Below, one piece after another: positions 46,915-56,128 of a stretch of 64,000 nucleotides of DNA (position 1 is its first letter; each line of letters opens with the position of its first letter). The translations under genes were made by a program, and so were the position numbers. The stretch is from NCBI GenBank assembly GCA_003518365.1, contig DOYU01000021.1, positions 492-64,491 of the forward strand. The letters run 5' to 3'. The notes below the pieces were generated by a model, which was not told the origin of the DNA, made no database searches, and worked only from the letters and a program-made list of their open reading frames with translations. Source of the DNA: Candidatus Magasanikiibacteriota bacterium. Lineage in GTDB: Bacteria; Patescibacteriota; Patescibacteriia; Magasanikbacterales; UBA922.

Positions 46915-47030
46915 CATATACTTGACTTTTTCTGATATTTCATACAGTATAGAAGTATACTTACTTCTCTGGACTTCCGATTTCTACCACAAATTCACAG
47001 AGTATAGTATACTTAAAAAGTACGTAAACA
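46915..47030. promoter_or_regulatory. Palindromic operator-like repeats upstream of hicBA (GTATA-GAAG-TATAC; AGTATA-G-TATACT)
   Basis: Two short inverted repeats built on GTATAC half-sites, near TTGACT, in the AT-rich region preceding the antitoxin gene. Confidence 0.35.
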
Positions 47031-47036
47031 TTTTAT

Positions 47037-47354
47037 ATGTGGAACACTATATATCGTTTTTTCTTCCCAGCGCTTTCGCCTGCTGAAATAAAAAAAACAT
47101 ATAATATCCCAAACAAATTTAATCTACGCATCCGATTTACTCCTGATGGTTTTTTTGTCTTGACCTGTGAAGAATTGCCAGGCCTCGTAACAGAGGCAAA
47201 AAATGGCAAAGATCTTATAAGAATGTTTAACGATGCCGTATTATCTTACTATGATGTTCCTAAAAAAATAGGAGATGTGGTCCATGAGAAAATGATTATT
47301 GACGGATACGGAACATTTGTATTGCAGGACAACAAGGTTGTCCAACCAGCGTAA
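47037..47354 (+). CDS. hicB: HicB-family antitoxin (UPF0150)
   Basis: IRFTPDGFFVLTCEELPGLVTEAKNGKDLIRMFNDAVLSYYD is the HicB N-domain signature (ELPG..TEG.T.EEA). Confidence 0.65.
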   Translation: MWNTIYRFFFPALSPAEIKKTYNIPNKFNLRIRFTPDGFFVLTCEELPGLVTEAKNGKDLIRMFNDAVLSYYDVPKKIGDVVHEKMIIDGYGTFVLQDNKVVQPA

Positions 47355-47359
47355 ACCAT

Positions 47360-47620
47360 ATGGGGAGGCAAGATTTCAATAGAAAACAATGTATACGAGC
47401 ATTACTAAAACTGGGATTTGTAAAAGATAATAAACGACGTGGGAGTCATGACAAATTCAAGGCACCCGAACATGTATTACAACAAAGACAAGCAAATCAG
47501 CCCCCTTTTATCATGGTTCCAAGGTCAAGACAACTTCACTGCCAGTTGGAAATATTGAAAGAACTATGGGCTTTTGGTGGCGATGCATTTGTGGAAGAAT
47601 TTTTAGGCCATATAAAATAA
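47360..47620 (+). CDS. hicA: HicA-family mRNA interferase toxin
   Basis: KQCIRALLKLGFVKDNKRRGSHDKFK...MVPRSRQL...ILKEL is the HicA/YcfA fold signature. Confidence 0.65.
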   Translation: MGRQDFNRKQCIRALLKLGFVKDNKRRGSHDKFKAPEHVLQQRQANQPPFIMVPRSRQLHCQLEILKELWAFGGDAFVEEFLGHIK

Positions 47621-47630
47621 AAACACAGTT

Positions 47631-47924
47631 GTGTCCTTATTAAGGGGAAAAAACAATTCGAGAACAAATAGAAATATAGTCTTCTTTGTAGTCTCTTTTT
47701 TTATTACATTGAATCTTTTTGGTTACACCGGACCACATATTCTAAATCTAATTTTATACTTAGCTTTTTCCGCGTGGTTGACTATCCCCATATTTTCCTA
47801 TAAAGAAGAAAATGTTGACCTAACAAAGTTAATTATCGGTTACCTTTTGTGGGTCGCTATCCAATATTCCATTGTACTATTTGGCATTGCACCTCCAGAA
47901 GGATCGGGAATCCCTCATTTTTAA
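47631..47924 (+). CDS. hypothetical small membrane protein
   Basis: Two or three TM helices. No recognised family. Confidence 0.3.
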   Translation: MSLLRGKNNSRTNRNIVFFVVSFFITLNLFGYTGPHILNLILYLAFSAWLTIPIFSYKEENVDLTKLIIGYLLWVAIQYSIVLFGIAPPEGSGIPHF

Positions 47925-47943
47925 TGATTACCTCCAATAACTT

Positions 47944-48375
47944 ATGGACAAAGAAAAGATTGATTTTGAATTTCTAAAAATTCAAATGGACTCATTGCAT
48001 ACTTCAGTACGTTCTAAATTAGCGATTGTTCCACAAATTGCTGCTTTGTCAGCAACAGTTCTTGTTATAGCAACTTTTAGCGATGAACTTTTACAAATAA
48101 CAGGATTATTTAAAGCATCATTATCAGTATTACTCGCATTAATACCAATATCACTTTTGTTTTATCTAATTGAGGTTCATATATCTATAGATAAAGGTGT
48201 TAAAATTATTGAAGAAATTACTAAAGCTGCGCCAGGAGAATTGATGAAAAAAGTAACAGAGAAGCAACCGAAAAAAATAGTATTATTCAATTTTTTGGCA
48301 AATTACTATCCTTTTTTTGCTACAATTCTGTTATCACTCGTGATAGTCTATACTATTTCCCAAATTTGGTGTTAA
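47944..48375 (+). CDS. hypothetical membrane protein (143 aa)
   Basis: Amphipathic N-terminus followed by 3 TM helices. No recognised family. Confidence 0.35.
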   Translation: MDKEKIDFEFLKIQMDSLHTSVRSKLAIVPQIAALSATVLVIATFSDELLQITGLFKASLSVLLALIPISLLFYLIEVHISIDKGVKIIEEITKAAPGELMKKVTEKQPKKIVLFNFLANYYPFFATILLSLVIVYTISQIWC

Positions 48376-48386
48376 GGTGACTCTCC

Positions 48387-50183
48387 CTACACCAACCTCC
48401 CCAACTCCCCTTCCATTCCATCAATCTTCTCTTGAATAAGAAGCCACTCCTTCTCTACTCCCTCGAGCTCGTAGGTGATATGATCTACCTGCTCTTTTTT
48501 TATACGTGAAAAACTATTTGGATTTTGTTCAAACCAAACAAACAACTCTTGCTTTTCTTTTTCCAGCTCCATCATCCTCACTTCTGCATCATGCAGATTC
48601 TTTTTTTCTTGCTTGAGTTCCTCTCTGATTTCAATGCGTCGTTCTTTCTTTTCGTTTGGGGTTTTTTCTTCTTCTGCGAGCTCTGGCATGGCGATGTGCA
48701 GACGTTCTTTCAGATGATAAATATAATTTTCATAATCATGAAGCGATCGACGTACTTTTCCGCCACCTACTTCGATAATACTCGTCGCAATATTATTTAC
48801 AAACGTTCTATTGTGACTCACAAAAAGAATAGTGATATTCGTCTCTGACAGAGCTTCAGCAAGAGCTTCAACAGTTTCAAAATCGAGATGGTTTGTCGGC
48901 TCGTCGAGGAGAAGGACATCATTCTTTTGGAGCAAAAGTCCTGCCAGACACAGCCGTGCCTTTTCTCCCCCACTCAGGACAGAAATCGGCTTTTTCAGAT
49001 CCTCGTCTGAAAAAAGAAAATTGCCTGCCATCTGAAAGACATCTTGATCTTTTACCTCTGGACCAGCCATATGCACGAGATGATCACCGACTTGATCTTT
49101 TGGATTGAGCATGTCAGGCACATGCTGAGCATAGTAGCCAATGCGAATATGCACACCAAACTTGTATGATCCTGCAAGTGGCGTGAGTGCTCCGGCAATA
49201 GTTTTGAGAAGCGTAGTTTTTCCTTGTCCATTGTTTCCCACGATTGCCACATGCTCTCCCCGCTCGATGTGAAATGAAATATCACTCGCAACGGTATACT
49301 CCGGATACCCGATCGACATCTCGTGCAGAGAAAGTGCTGTTCCTTTTTTATCAGATACAGAAGGAATCGCTATCATGGCACTGCGACTAGGATTCACGAT
49401 CGTGATCGTCTGCAATTTATGAAGTTGCTTCAATTTTGATTGTGCTTGCGATGCTTTTGATGCTTTGTATCGAAAACGGTCGACAAAGGATTGCAAGTGT
49501 CGTTGTTCTTTTGCAATTTTTTTATTGTACCTGCGTGCAAATTCTTCTTGTTGTTCTTTATAGAGCAGATATGCTTCGAGTGGTTGAGGAAAAAAACTTG
49601 CCTTGCCCTGTGCAATCTCGAGTGTCTCTGTGCACGTACGCTTCAAGAATTCTCTGTCATGCGAGATGAGCAAAAAACTTCCAGAAAAGTTTCGCAAAAA
49701 TTGTTCGAGAAGGAGCAGTGTCGAAAGATCGAGATAGTTTGTCGGCTCGTCGAGCAAAAGCAAGTTTGGATCTTCGAGAAGCATCGCCACGATCTTCACG
49801 CGCATCTGATATCCTCCGGCAAAGGATCCGATCTCGCGCGTGAGTTGTGCTTTTTTCAAATGAAATTGTCCAGCCATCTTTGCACATTCCCATTCTTCCT
49901 TGCCGCTCGAACGCATGAGAAAACCGATGACAGTTTCTGTGAGTTCAAAGGGATTTTCTTGCTGACGCAGATAGCCGATGCGCGCATTCTGATGAATCTT
50001 TACTTCTCCCTCCTCTGCCTCTTCGAGTCCCATGATGATTTTGAAAAGCGTCGACTTCCCCGCTCCATTTCTCCCCACCACCCCAATATGCTGCCCAGTA
50101 GACACGGTCAACGACAAATTATCAAACAAAGGATTGATATCATATGACTTTTTCAGATTTGCGACCTGGAGGAGAATCGACAT
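48387..50183 (-). CDS. ABC-F family ATPase (Uup/EttA-like; two ABC domains, no TM)
   Basis: VVGRNGAGKSTLF and IVGNNGQGKTTLLK Walker A motifs, two LSGG signatures, inter-domain linker, and C-terminal coiled coil. Start trimmed to MSILLQVANL at 50183. Confidence 0.85.
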   Translation of the reverse strand: MSILLQVANLKKSYDINPLFDNLSLTVSTGQHIGVVGRNGAGKSTLFKIIMGLEEAEEGEVKIHQNARIGYLRQQENPFELTETVIGFLMRSSGKEEWECAKMAGQFHLKKAQLTREIGSFAGGYQMRVKIVAMLLEDPNLLLLDEPTNYLDLSTLLLLEQFLRNFSGSFLLISHDREFLKRTCTETLEIAQGKASFFPQPLEAYLLYKEQQEEFARRYNKKIAKEQRHLQSFVDRFRYKASKASQAQSKLKQLHKLQTITIVNPSRSAMIAIPSVSDKKGTALSLHEMSIGYPEYTVASDISFHIERGEHVAIVGNNGQGKTTLLKTIAGALTPLAGSYKFGVHIRIGYYAQHVPDMLNPKDQVGDHLVHMAGPEVKDQDVFQMAGNFLFSDEDLKKPISVLSGGEKARLCLAGLLLQKNDVLLLDEPTNHLDFETVEALAEALSETNITILFVSHNRTFVNNIATSIIEVGGGKVRRSLHDYENYIYHLKERLHIAMPELAEEEKTPNEKKERRIEIREELKQEKKNLHDAEVRMMELEKEKQELFVWFEQNPNSFSRIKKEQVDHITYELEGVEKEWLLIQEKIDGMEGELGRLV

Positions 50184-50276
50184 ATGCGGACATGCTAGCA
50201 GAAATATGCAGAAAAATCCAGGGAAACAATACAACAAAAAACGCCTTTTGAAAAAGCGTCCTTTGTAAAAAGTATG

Positions 50277-51302
50277 TTATGAAATTCTGACACTTTCCCC
50301 ACTTTCCATAGACGCATATGAAGCTTCCACAATCTCGAGCGTCGATAAGACTTCATCTTTTGTAATATAGGCAGGAGCATGGTGAAACATCACATCATAC
50401 ATATTTTGGATCACACCAATATGCCCATATCCATAGACCGTATCTGCAGTATCGGGAAATGATACGGCTCGATACGCGTCTTCTCCGAGCCCTTGCCAAG
50501 AAACAATTTCATCCATTGCTTTGCCACCAATTTTGACTGTGGCATGTTCAAAACACATCGTAATACTTCCTTCTAAATTTTCTGGATACGAAATAGTATT
50601 CACCTGACACGATCCTATCACATCATTATGAAATTTTACTTGCAATGAGACGACATCTTCACTCTCCATTGCATGTCCATAATTGCCACCAAACGCAAAC
50701 ACATGTTTTGGTGTAGACTCGACGACATGACACATCATATCGACATAATGAATTCCCTGATTCATGAGCACACCACCTTCCAAATCTTTTTTGCCATGCC
50801 ATCCATCATCATAATAACTTTGTGGACGATACCAAAAACAAGATGCATTGACATATTGCAATGTCCCGACAACATCTCTTTGCGTCTGCAAAAATCGTAC
50901 CGGAGGATTAAATCTATTTTGCATCACAGGCAACAACAATCTGCTATATTCTGTTGCCACATCAAACATATCTTTTGCATCAGAGAATTTCATGGCAAGT
51001 GGTTTTTCAACAATCACATCTTTTCCAGCTTTCATACTATCTATGGCAATCTGCCGATGTGATGCAGGAGGCGTACAGATAGCAATAACATCCACCGTGT
51101 CATCTTGAAGCAACGCCTGATAGTCCGTATACATGCGTACACTTCCGTCTATTGTATGGACCAAGGCATCCATTCTTGCCTGATCAGTATCACAGAGAGC
51201 AACAATGGTTGCGTGTGTTACCGCATGGACAGCGTGAATATAGGTAGAAGCAATACGCCCACATCCAATAAGTCCAATGCGAAGAGATTTGTGTGTTGTC
51301 AT
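50277..51302 (-). CDS. Gfo/Idh/MocA-family NAD(P)-dependent oxidoreductase
   Basis: LRIGLIGCGRIASTYIHAV Rossmann motif. C-terminal GFO_IDH_MocA_C-like region. ORF track start at 51428 trimmed. Confidence 0.75.
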   Translation of the reverse strand: MTTHKSLRIGLIGCGRIASTYIHAVHAVTHATIVALCDTDQARMDALVHTIDGSVRMYTDYQALLQDDTVDVIAICTPPASHRQIAIDSMKAGKDVIVEKPLAMKFSDAKDMFDVATEYSRLLLPVMQNRFNPPVRFLQTQRDVVGTLQYVNASCFWYRPQSYYDDGWHGKKDLEGGVLMNQGIHYVDMMCHVVESTPKHVFAFGGNYGHAMESEDVVSLQVKFHNDVIGSCQVNTISYPENLEGSITMCFEHATVKIGGKAMDEIVSWQGLGEDAYRAVSFPDTADTVYGYGHIGVIQNMYDVMFHHAPAYITKDEVLSTLEIVEASYASMESGESVRIS

Positions 51303-51312
51303 ACGTGTCTCA

Positions 51313-51332
51313 GTTAAAAAACAGGATCGATA
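51313..51332. promoter_or_regulatory. Perfect 12-bp palindrome CGATATATATCG upstream of the oxidoreductase gene
   Basis: Lies 12-30 nt upstream of the ATG on the gene strand, so it is a candidate operator. Confidence 0.35.
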
Positions 51333-51506
51333 TATATCGTACCATATATGTAAAAACTGCATAGGGTGTCTCCTATCTTGGCTTTTTGTATAAAAAAAGA
51401 TAGAATGACCTACTTTTTGATTTGACATCGCTTTTTTGTACGTGATTCTCTCCCGTATACAAAAGCTGGGTCAACTCGACCAAAGAAATACCTCGGAGGA
51501 ATTTCC

Positions 51507-51608
51507 ATGATCAAGTTCATCGTCACCGCCGGGCCGGCGCTGACACCCATGACCCACTCTCTCCGGAGGTGGGTCTGTTGCTTTCTATCGCATTCTATTT
51601 TACTATGA
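51507..51608 (+). CDS. possible small ORF (33 aa) with a strong SD, upstream of the GFA gene
   Basis: GGAGG 7 nt before the ATG at 51507. MIKFIVTAGPALTPMTHSLRRWVCCFLSHSILL. The G/C-rich segment contains a GACCCAC...GTGGGTC hairpin. Too short for the ORF track. Confidence 0.25.
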   Translation: MIKFIVTAGPALTPMTHSLRRWVCCFLSHSILL

Positions 51609-51638
51609 ATAGTATAATAACCTTTTAAGCCTTCCCCT

Positions 51639-51995
51639 ATGCCGGAACAACTCCACCACGGCAGCTGCCACTGCGGCGCTGTCGCATACGATGTGACCAT
51701 GTCACTCGACAACACAATCACCTGCAATTGTTCTATGTGCGGACGCGCAGGAACCATTCTTGCGTTTGTGCCAGCAGAAAAATTCACCCTTCTCTCAGGA
51801 GAAGACGCACTCACAAATTATCAATTCAATAAAAAAGTGATTGATCATCTCTTTTGCAGCATCTGCGGGATCAAAGCATTTGGGAAAGGAAAAGACAACG
51901 ATGGGAATGATACCGTTGCAGTAAATGTTCGCTGTCTTGATGGTGTTGATATTGAAAGTCTTTCCCCGTATCAGTACGATGGCAAAAATGTATAA
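51639..51995 (+). CDS. GFA-family (CENP-V/glutathione-dependent formaldehyde-activating-like) Cys-rich protein
   Basis: CHCGAVAY...CNCSMCGRAG...CSICG zinc-binding Cys pattern of the GFA domain. Confidence 0.75.
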   Translation: MPEQLHHGSCHCGAVAYDVTMSLDNTITCNCSMCGRAGTILAFVPAEKFTLLSGEDALTNYQFNKKVIDHLFCSICGIKAFGKGKDNDGNDTVAVNVRCLDGVDIESLSPYQYDGKNV

Positions 51996-52059
51996 GAAAT
52001 CCCCATCGACAAATTACGTTTGCCAACAATGTTCATCATAATGTATGTACATTACAGCA

Positions 52060-52133
52060 ACCCTCTTCCCTTAAGCTGTTTGTCCCGATTTGATCGGGAT
52101 TGGTGACAAAAAGTAAGGGAGGAAATAAAAAAC
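52060..52133 (+). repeat. Structured intergenic repeat element, short variant (copy 3)
   Basis: Shares AAGCTGTTT and TTGGTGACAAAAAGTAAGGGAGG with copies 1 and 2. The middle is replaced by a TCCCGAT-TTG-ATCGGGA hairpin. Confidence 0.5.
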
Positions 52134-52173
52134 GTTCGCCATATCAGCAAACGTTTTTACTATATCATGAATA

Positions 52174-53046
52174 TTATTTCTTCTCCTGCGGAGATTTTGG
52201 GAGTTGTATGTCTGACATCGGCGGTTGCTGCGGCATCTTTTTCATACCGTAGAAAAGAGCGCCAAACATGAACCCAAGGAGAATGATCGAGTATACATAC
52301 GGCACAGGAAAGACCATCAAAAGCATGATGAGCTGCACAATCGTAGGAACGGTCAGTGCATACACACCGATGGTGAACACCTGCCAATAGGTAATAGGCT
52401 TTTTGTCTGCGCGCGCGACCACGTAGACCAGCCATGACATAATACCCAGAAAAAACAATTTCCACATGCCCAGAAAACCGGTAATCACAAGCGCAATAGC
52501 AAGCAAAATCCACGGCATGGCACCCTGAAAAAATGTTGTTAATTTGTCACTCACCTGCTGTCTTGTCACAGAAAAGGAAGGAACATTTTTGATATATTCT
52601 GTTTGGACATTCTTCAAATCCTGATCATAGACTTTGATCAGTTTACTCGTGAGCACGAGCGTTGGTATCTCATCGACAACATCGCCACGCGCGTCTTCGA
52701 TACTCACAGAACTCGTTGTCACGGTATCAACATAGAGGAGCATGGCATCACCTTCTGTACTTTCAAAAATCTGACGATATGGCTGTTCCAATCCTGAAAT
52801 GGATAAGGTGCCATCCTGCACTGATACAGCAACATCTGGTGCATTCTCAGTCACTTCATTCCAATACACCAATGCTTGTGATGGCAAATCTCGGACGAAC
52901 AGATAGCCACCAATCACCACGACAAGAAAAAAGAATATGAAAAAATACGCAAGCGCGCTGCCAAGTTTTTCTCGGTTTGATGCCAGCCAGGTGACATCAT
53001 AACAACTTTTGTAGAAGGCTGTTGCAATATGTTTGAGAAATTTCAT
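52174..53046 (-). CDS. hypothetical polytopic membrane protein
   Basis: MKFLKHIATAFYKS..., multiple TM helices, large periplasmic loop. AGGA SD. ORF track start at 53079 trimmed. Confidence 0.5.
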   Translation of the reverse strand: MKFLKHIATAFYKSCYDVTWLASNREKLGSALAYFFIFFFLVVVIGGYLFVRDLPSQALVYWNEVTENAPDVAVSVQDGTLSISGLEQPYRQIFESTEGDAMLLYVDTVTTSSVSIEDARGDVVDEIPTLVLTSKLIKVYDQDLKNVQTEYIKNVPSFSVTRQQVSDKLTTFFQGAMPWILLAIALVITGFLGMWKLFFLGIMSWLVYVVARADKKPITYWQVFTIGVYALTVPTIVQLIMLLMVFPVPYVYSIILLGFMFGALFYGMKKMPQQPPMSDIQLPKSPQEKK

Positions 53047-53064
53047 AATAAATCCTGATATGCG

Positions 53065-53108
53065 GATAATCCAGATCAACAGATACGTATCCGTGGATCT
53101 GGATTATC
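53065..53108. promoter_or_regulatory. Nested inverted repeat (13-bp GATAATCCAGATC arms enclosing the palindrome GATACGTATC) in the 5' region of the membrane-protein gene
   Basis: GATAATCCAGATC...GATCTGGATTATC with a central GATACGTATC. A GGATATCC palindrome follows immediately. Confidence 0.4.
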
Positions 53109-53166
53109 TGGATATCCGTATGCTGCTACAAACAAAAACACCCCTGTTACGGGGCGTAGTGTACCA

Positions 53167-53322
53167 TTACTTGGTTTCCTTGTGCAAAGTATGAGTGCCG
53201 CAAGTTGGGCAGAGTTTCTTGAGCTCGAGGCGATCCTTGAGCTTTTGTTTATTTTTTCTAGAAAAATGGTTGATCTGCTTGCACTGCTCACATTGCAGCT
53301 TGATCATCTGTTTCTGTGCCAT
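53167..53322 (-). CDS. rpmG: 50S ribosomal protein L33 (51 aa), absent from the ORF track because it is below 60 aa
   Basis: Manual translation gives MAQKQMIKLQCEQCKQINHFSRKNKQKLKDRLELKKLCPTCGTHTLHKETK, with the canonical L33 CxxC...CxxC and the HTLHKETK C-terminus. A GC hairpin plus T-tract follows on the minus strand. Confidence 0.85.
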   Translation of the reverse strand: MAQKQMIKLQCEQCKQINHFSRKNKQKLKDRLELKKLCPTCGTHTLHKETK

Positions 53323-53449
53323 ATGATTAATTACAGAATGATGTTAGTAGTGCAAAGACTATACAGGATTGCGGGAGATTTGTCAATACACACATAAAGG
53401 GAAGAGCCTCCATTGATTTTTGGCTCTATTATGCTATCCTCTGTCATAT

Positions 53450-54700
53450 ATGAGAGTAGCCATCGTAGGTGGAGGCGCCGCTGGCATGATGTGCGCCGCA
53501 ACTATCGCAGAGGAATATCCACATGTGGAAATCTTTGTGCTCGAAAAAAACGCCTCTCTTGGCAAAAAAGTCATTATTTCCGGTGGTGGGAGATGTAATG
53601 TTACGACCGGTATAGAAGACATTGCATTGGTACTCGAAAAATATCCTCGCGGCAATAAATTTCTCCAATCTGCCATGCATCGATTTTCTCCGAGCATGGT
53701 CTATGCTTGGTTTGAAGCACATGGCGTTCCACTCAAATGTGAAGACGATTTGCGAGTGTTTCCCGTATCAAATAATGGGAAAGATATTGTGGCGGTGTTT
53801 GAAGATATATTTGAAGAAGCAGACGTTCACGTCAAATATAAACACAATGTACAAGATATAACAAAAAAAGAAACAGGATTTGTTCTTTCTTTCAAAGATC
53901 AAAATGATCTCGAGGTAGACAAGGTCGTCATGGCACTCGGTGGACAAGCGTATCGTCACACCGGATCTACTGGCGACGGATATTATATCCTCGAACAATT
54001 GGGACACACAATCACTCCCCTTGCACCAAGTCTCAATTCTTTTTTGACAAAAGAATCCTGGCCAAAAGAACTTTCTGGCCTTTCATTTCAAAAAGCAACC
54101 ATTTTTGTACACGGACAAAAAAAACAATATAACAGTACCGGCCCATTTCTCTTTACCCATACTGGTGTCAGCGGCCCGGCAGTGTTTGCACTGTCTTCTC
54201 GAATTGCATTTCTTGACTATGACAAAACGAATCCACTCGCAATACAGATAGATGTCTTTCCAGACCAGACAGAACAAGAACTTCTTGAAAGACTTCAACA
54301 AACGAGAGAAGAACACATGCAAAAAACATTCAAAAATACGTTACCCCACTTGGTAGCGAAGTCACTTGCAGAAGAAATGTGTATCCAACTCGATATTCCC
54401 CTCGATAAAAAAAATGCCGACATGAGTAAAAAAGAATTGGCACGTATCGCAACATATGTAAAAGGAATACCACTCGAAGTAATTGGACGCGGTGCAGGAG
54501 ATGAATTTGTGACTGCCGGTGGCGTCGAACTCACAGAGGTCGACCCAAAAACAATGGAATCAAAAATATGTCCTGGACTGTACTTTGCAGGAGAAATTCT
54601 TGACGTCGACGGCTATACAGGCGGATTCAACTTACAAGCGTCTTGGGCAACTGGGAATGCTGCGGGTATAGCGATTGGAAGTAATGTGCCATTAGCCTAA
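53450..54700 (+). CDS. FAD-dependent oxidoreductase of the HI0933/BaiN/YhiN family
   Basis: VAIVGGGAAGMMCA (dinucleotide-binding), GGGRCNVT, and the HI0933-like C-terminus GEILDVDGYTGGFNLQASWATG. Start trimmed to MRVAIVGGG at 53450. Confidence 0.8.
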   Translation: MRVAIVGGGAAGMMCAATIAEEYPHVEIFVLEKNASLGKKVIISGGGRCNVTTGIEDIALVLEKYPRGNKFLQSAMHRFSPSMVYAWFEAHGVPLKCEDDLRVFPVSNNGKDIVAVFEDIFEEADVHVKYKHNVQDITKKETGFVLSFKDQNDLEVDKVVMALGGQAYRHTGSTGDGYYILEQLGHTITPLAPSLNSFLTKESWPKELSGLSFQKATIFVHGQKKQYNSTGPFLFTHTGVSGPAVFALSSRIAFLDYDKTNPLAIQIDVFPDQTEQELLERLQQTREEHMQKTFKNTLPHLVAKSLAEEMCIQLDIPLDKKNADMSKKELARIATYVKGIPLEVIGRGAGDEFVTAGGVELTEVDPKTMESKICPGLYFAGEILDVDGYTGGFNLQASWATGNAAGIAIGSNVPLA

Positions 54701-54774
54701 ATACCAACAATTTTGGATTTGTCACCATGACCATGACGTCTGACATTAATTTGAATTACGAAAAACATTTCTTC

Positions 54775-54912
54775 TTATCCAAGGGGTTTTAAGGGGAAAG
54801 CTGTTTGAGCCTAAGTGCTTGCCAATGAGTATTTTCTTAGCACCGACACAGGCGAGTTCTTTCCCCTAACACTTTTTGTTACTTTTTGGTGACAAAAAGT
54901 AAGGGAAGAAGT
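54775..54912 (+). repeat. Structured intergenic repeat element, copy 2
   Basis: AAGGGGTTTTAAGGGGAAAGCTGTTTGAGCCTAAGTGCTTGCCAATGAG...CACAGGCGAGTTCTTTCCCCT...TTACTTTTTGGTGACAAAAAGTAAGGGAAGAAG. Stem AGGGGAAAG/CTTTCCCCT against copy 1 GGGGGAAG/CTTCCCCC. Confidence 0.65.
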
Positions 54913-54955
54913 ATATATATTATTATCTGAAACATCTTTCTTAAAAAAGAAAGTA

Positions 54956-56086
54956 TTATTTCTTATAATACTTCTTTCCCTGCAACTTCTCCGGCAAAAA
55001 ACTTTTCTTTGATCTCATCTCATACCCTTCACCATATCCAAGTTCTTTCATCAAGGCTGTCGGGGCATTCCGGACTTCCATAGGAATAGACAAATTTCCA
55101 TGTGCCTTCACATCTGCCTCTGCCGCGCGGAGGGCATCGTAGGCAGATCGATCTTTTTTACTTTCTGCGAGATAGACGACGCCGTGAGCCAAATTGATCG
55201 CGCATTCCGGCAATCCTATTGTCTCTACTGATCGAAATACTTCATTTGCCACGACGAGCGCGGTTGGCTGCGCCATGCCGATGTCTTCACTCGCAAAGAC
55301 GACCATCCTTCGCGCAATAAACTTTGGGTCTTCACCAGCATCAAGCATCCGTGCGAGATAGTACACCGCCGCATCCGGCTGGCTCGCGCGCATAGATTTG
55401 ATAAAGGCGCTAATCGTGTTGTAATGTTCCTCCCCTTTTTTATCGTAGCGCAGATGTTTTGATTGCAGCGCTTCTTTCAAATGCTCGACAGTAATGGTGG
55501 TATATAATTCTTTTGTCTGCTCTAGCATGGTCAGTGCTTGGCGTGCGTCACCGTTTGCCATAGCAATGAGCCATTCCATAGCATCGTCTGGAATATACAT
55601 CTTTGTGGCTGTCAAAATAACGCGCATATCATCTGGCGTATGTTCGTGCAAGACAAACACCCGACATCGTGATAAGAGCGCGGAGATGACTTCAAAGCTG
55701 GGATTTTCTGTGGTCGCGCCGATCAACACGATTTCTCCAGATTCCACAAACGGGAGCAGATAATCTTGTTGCGCTTTATTGAAGCGATGAATTTCGTCGA
55801 GAAACAATATTTTTTGCGAATCACTTTCTGTCTTGATCACTTTTTCTACATCAGCCTTTTTTGCAGAGACAGCAGAGAGTTCAAAAAAATTTGCACCGAG
55901 ACTTTCTGCATATATTTTTGCCAATGTTGTCTTGCCACTTCCCGGAGGCCCCCAAAGAAGAAATGAAAACATATGCCCCTGCTCGATCGCTTTGCGAAGT
56001 GGCTTTCCGGGTCCCACAAGATGTTCTTGACCAATAAAGTCGTCAAGTGCCCGCGGACGGAGTTGTGTGGCGAGTGGGGTTTTCAT
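54956..56086 (-). CDS. rarA: replication-associated recombination protein A (AAA+ ATPase)
   Basis: LRPRALDDFIGQEHLVG, LLWGPPGSGKTTLAKI (Walker A), LFLDEIHRFNKAQQD (Walker B / sensor), MgsA C-terminal domain. Confidence 0.9.
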   Translation of the reverse strand: MKTPLATQLRPRALDDFIGQEHLVGPGKPLRKAIEQGHMFSFLLWGPPGSGKTTLAKIYAESLGANFFELSAVSAKKADVEKVIKTESDSQKILFLDEIHRFNKAQQDYLLPFVESGEIVLIGATTENPSFEVISALLSRCRVFVLHEHTPDDMRVILTATKMYIPDDAMEWLIAMANGDARQALTMLEQTKELYTTITVEHLKEALQSKHLRYDKKGEEHYNTISAFIKSMRASQPDAAVYYLARMLDAGEDPKFIARRMVVFASEDIGMAQPTALVVANEVFRSVETIGLPECAINLAHGVVYLAESKKDRSAYDALRAAEADVKAHGNLSIPMEVRNAPTALMKELGYGEGYEMRSKKSFLPEKLQGKKYYKK

Positions 56087-56128
56087 ATATACCAGCAGTA
56101 AGCAATAAGCAGAGTAAGCAGAATATGC

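Noticed and set aside
52166-52279. 37-codon plus-strand ORF just downstream of the AAGGGAGG at the end of repeat copy 3
   Set aside because: It overlaps the well-supported minus-strand membrane-protein gene (52174..53046). The SD-like sequence is part of the repeat element in all three copies, and the other copies have no ORF behind it.
53076-53291. ORF 53076..53291 (-), 71 aa
   Set aside because: It is the wrong frame over the rpmG locus. The real gene is the 51-codon L33 at 53167..53322.
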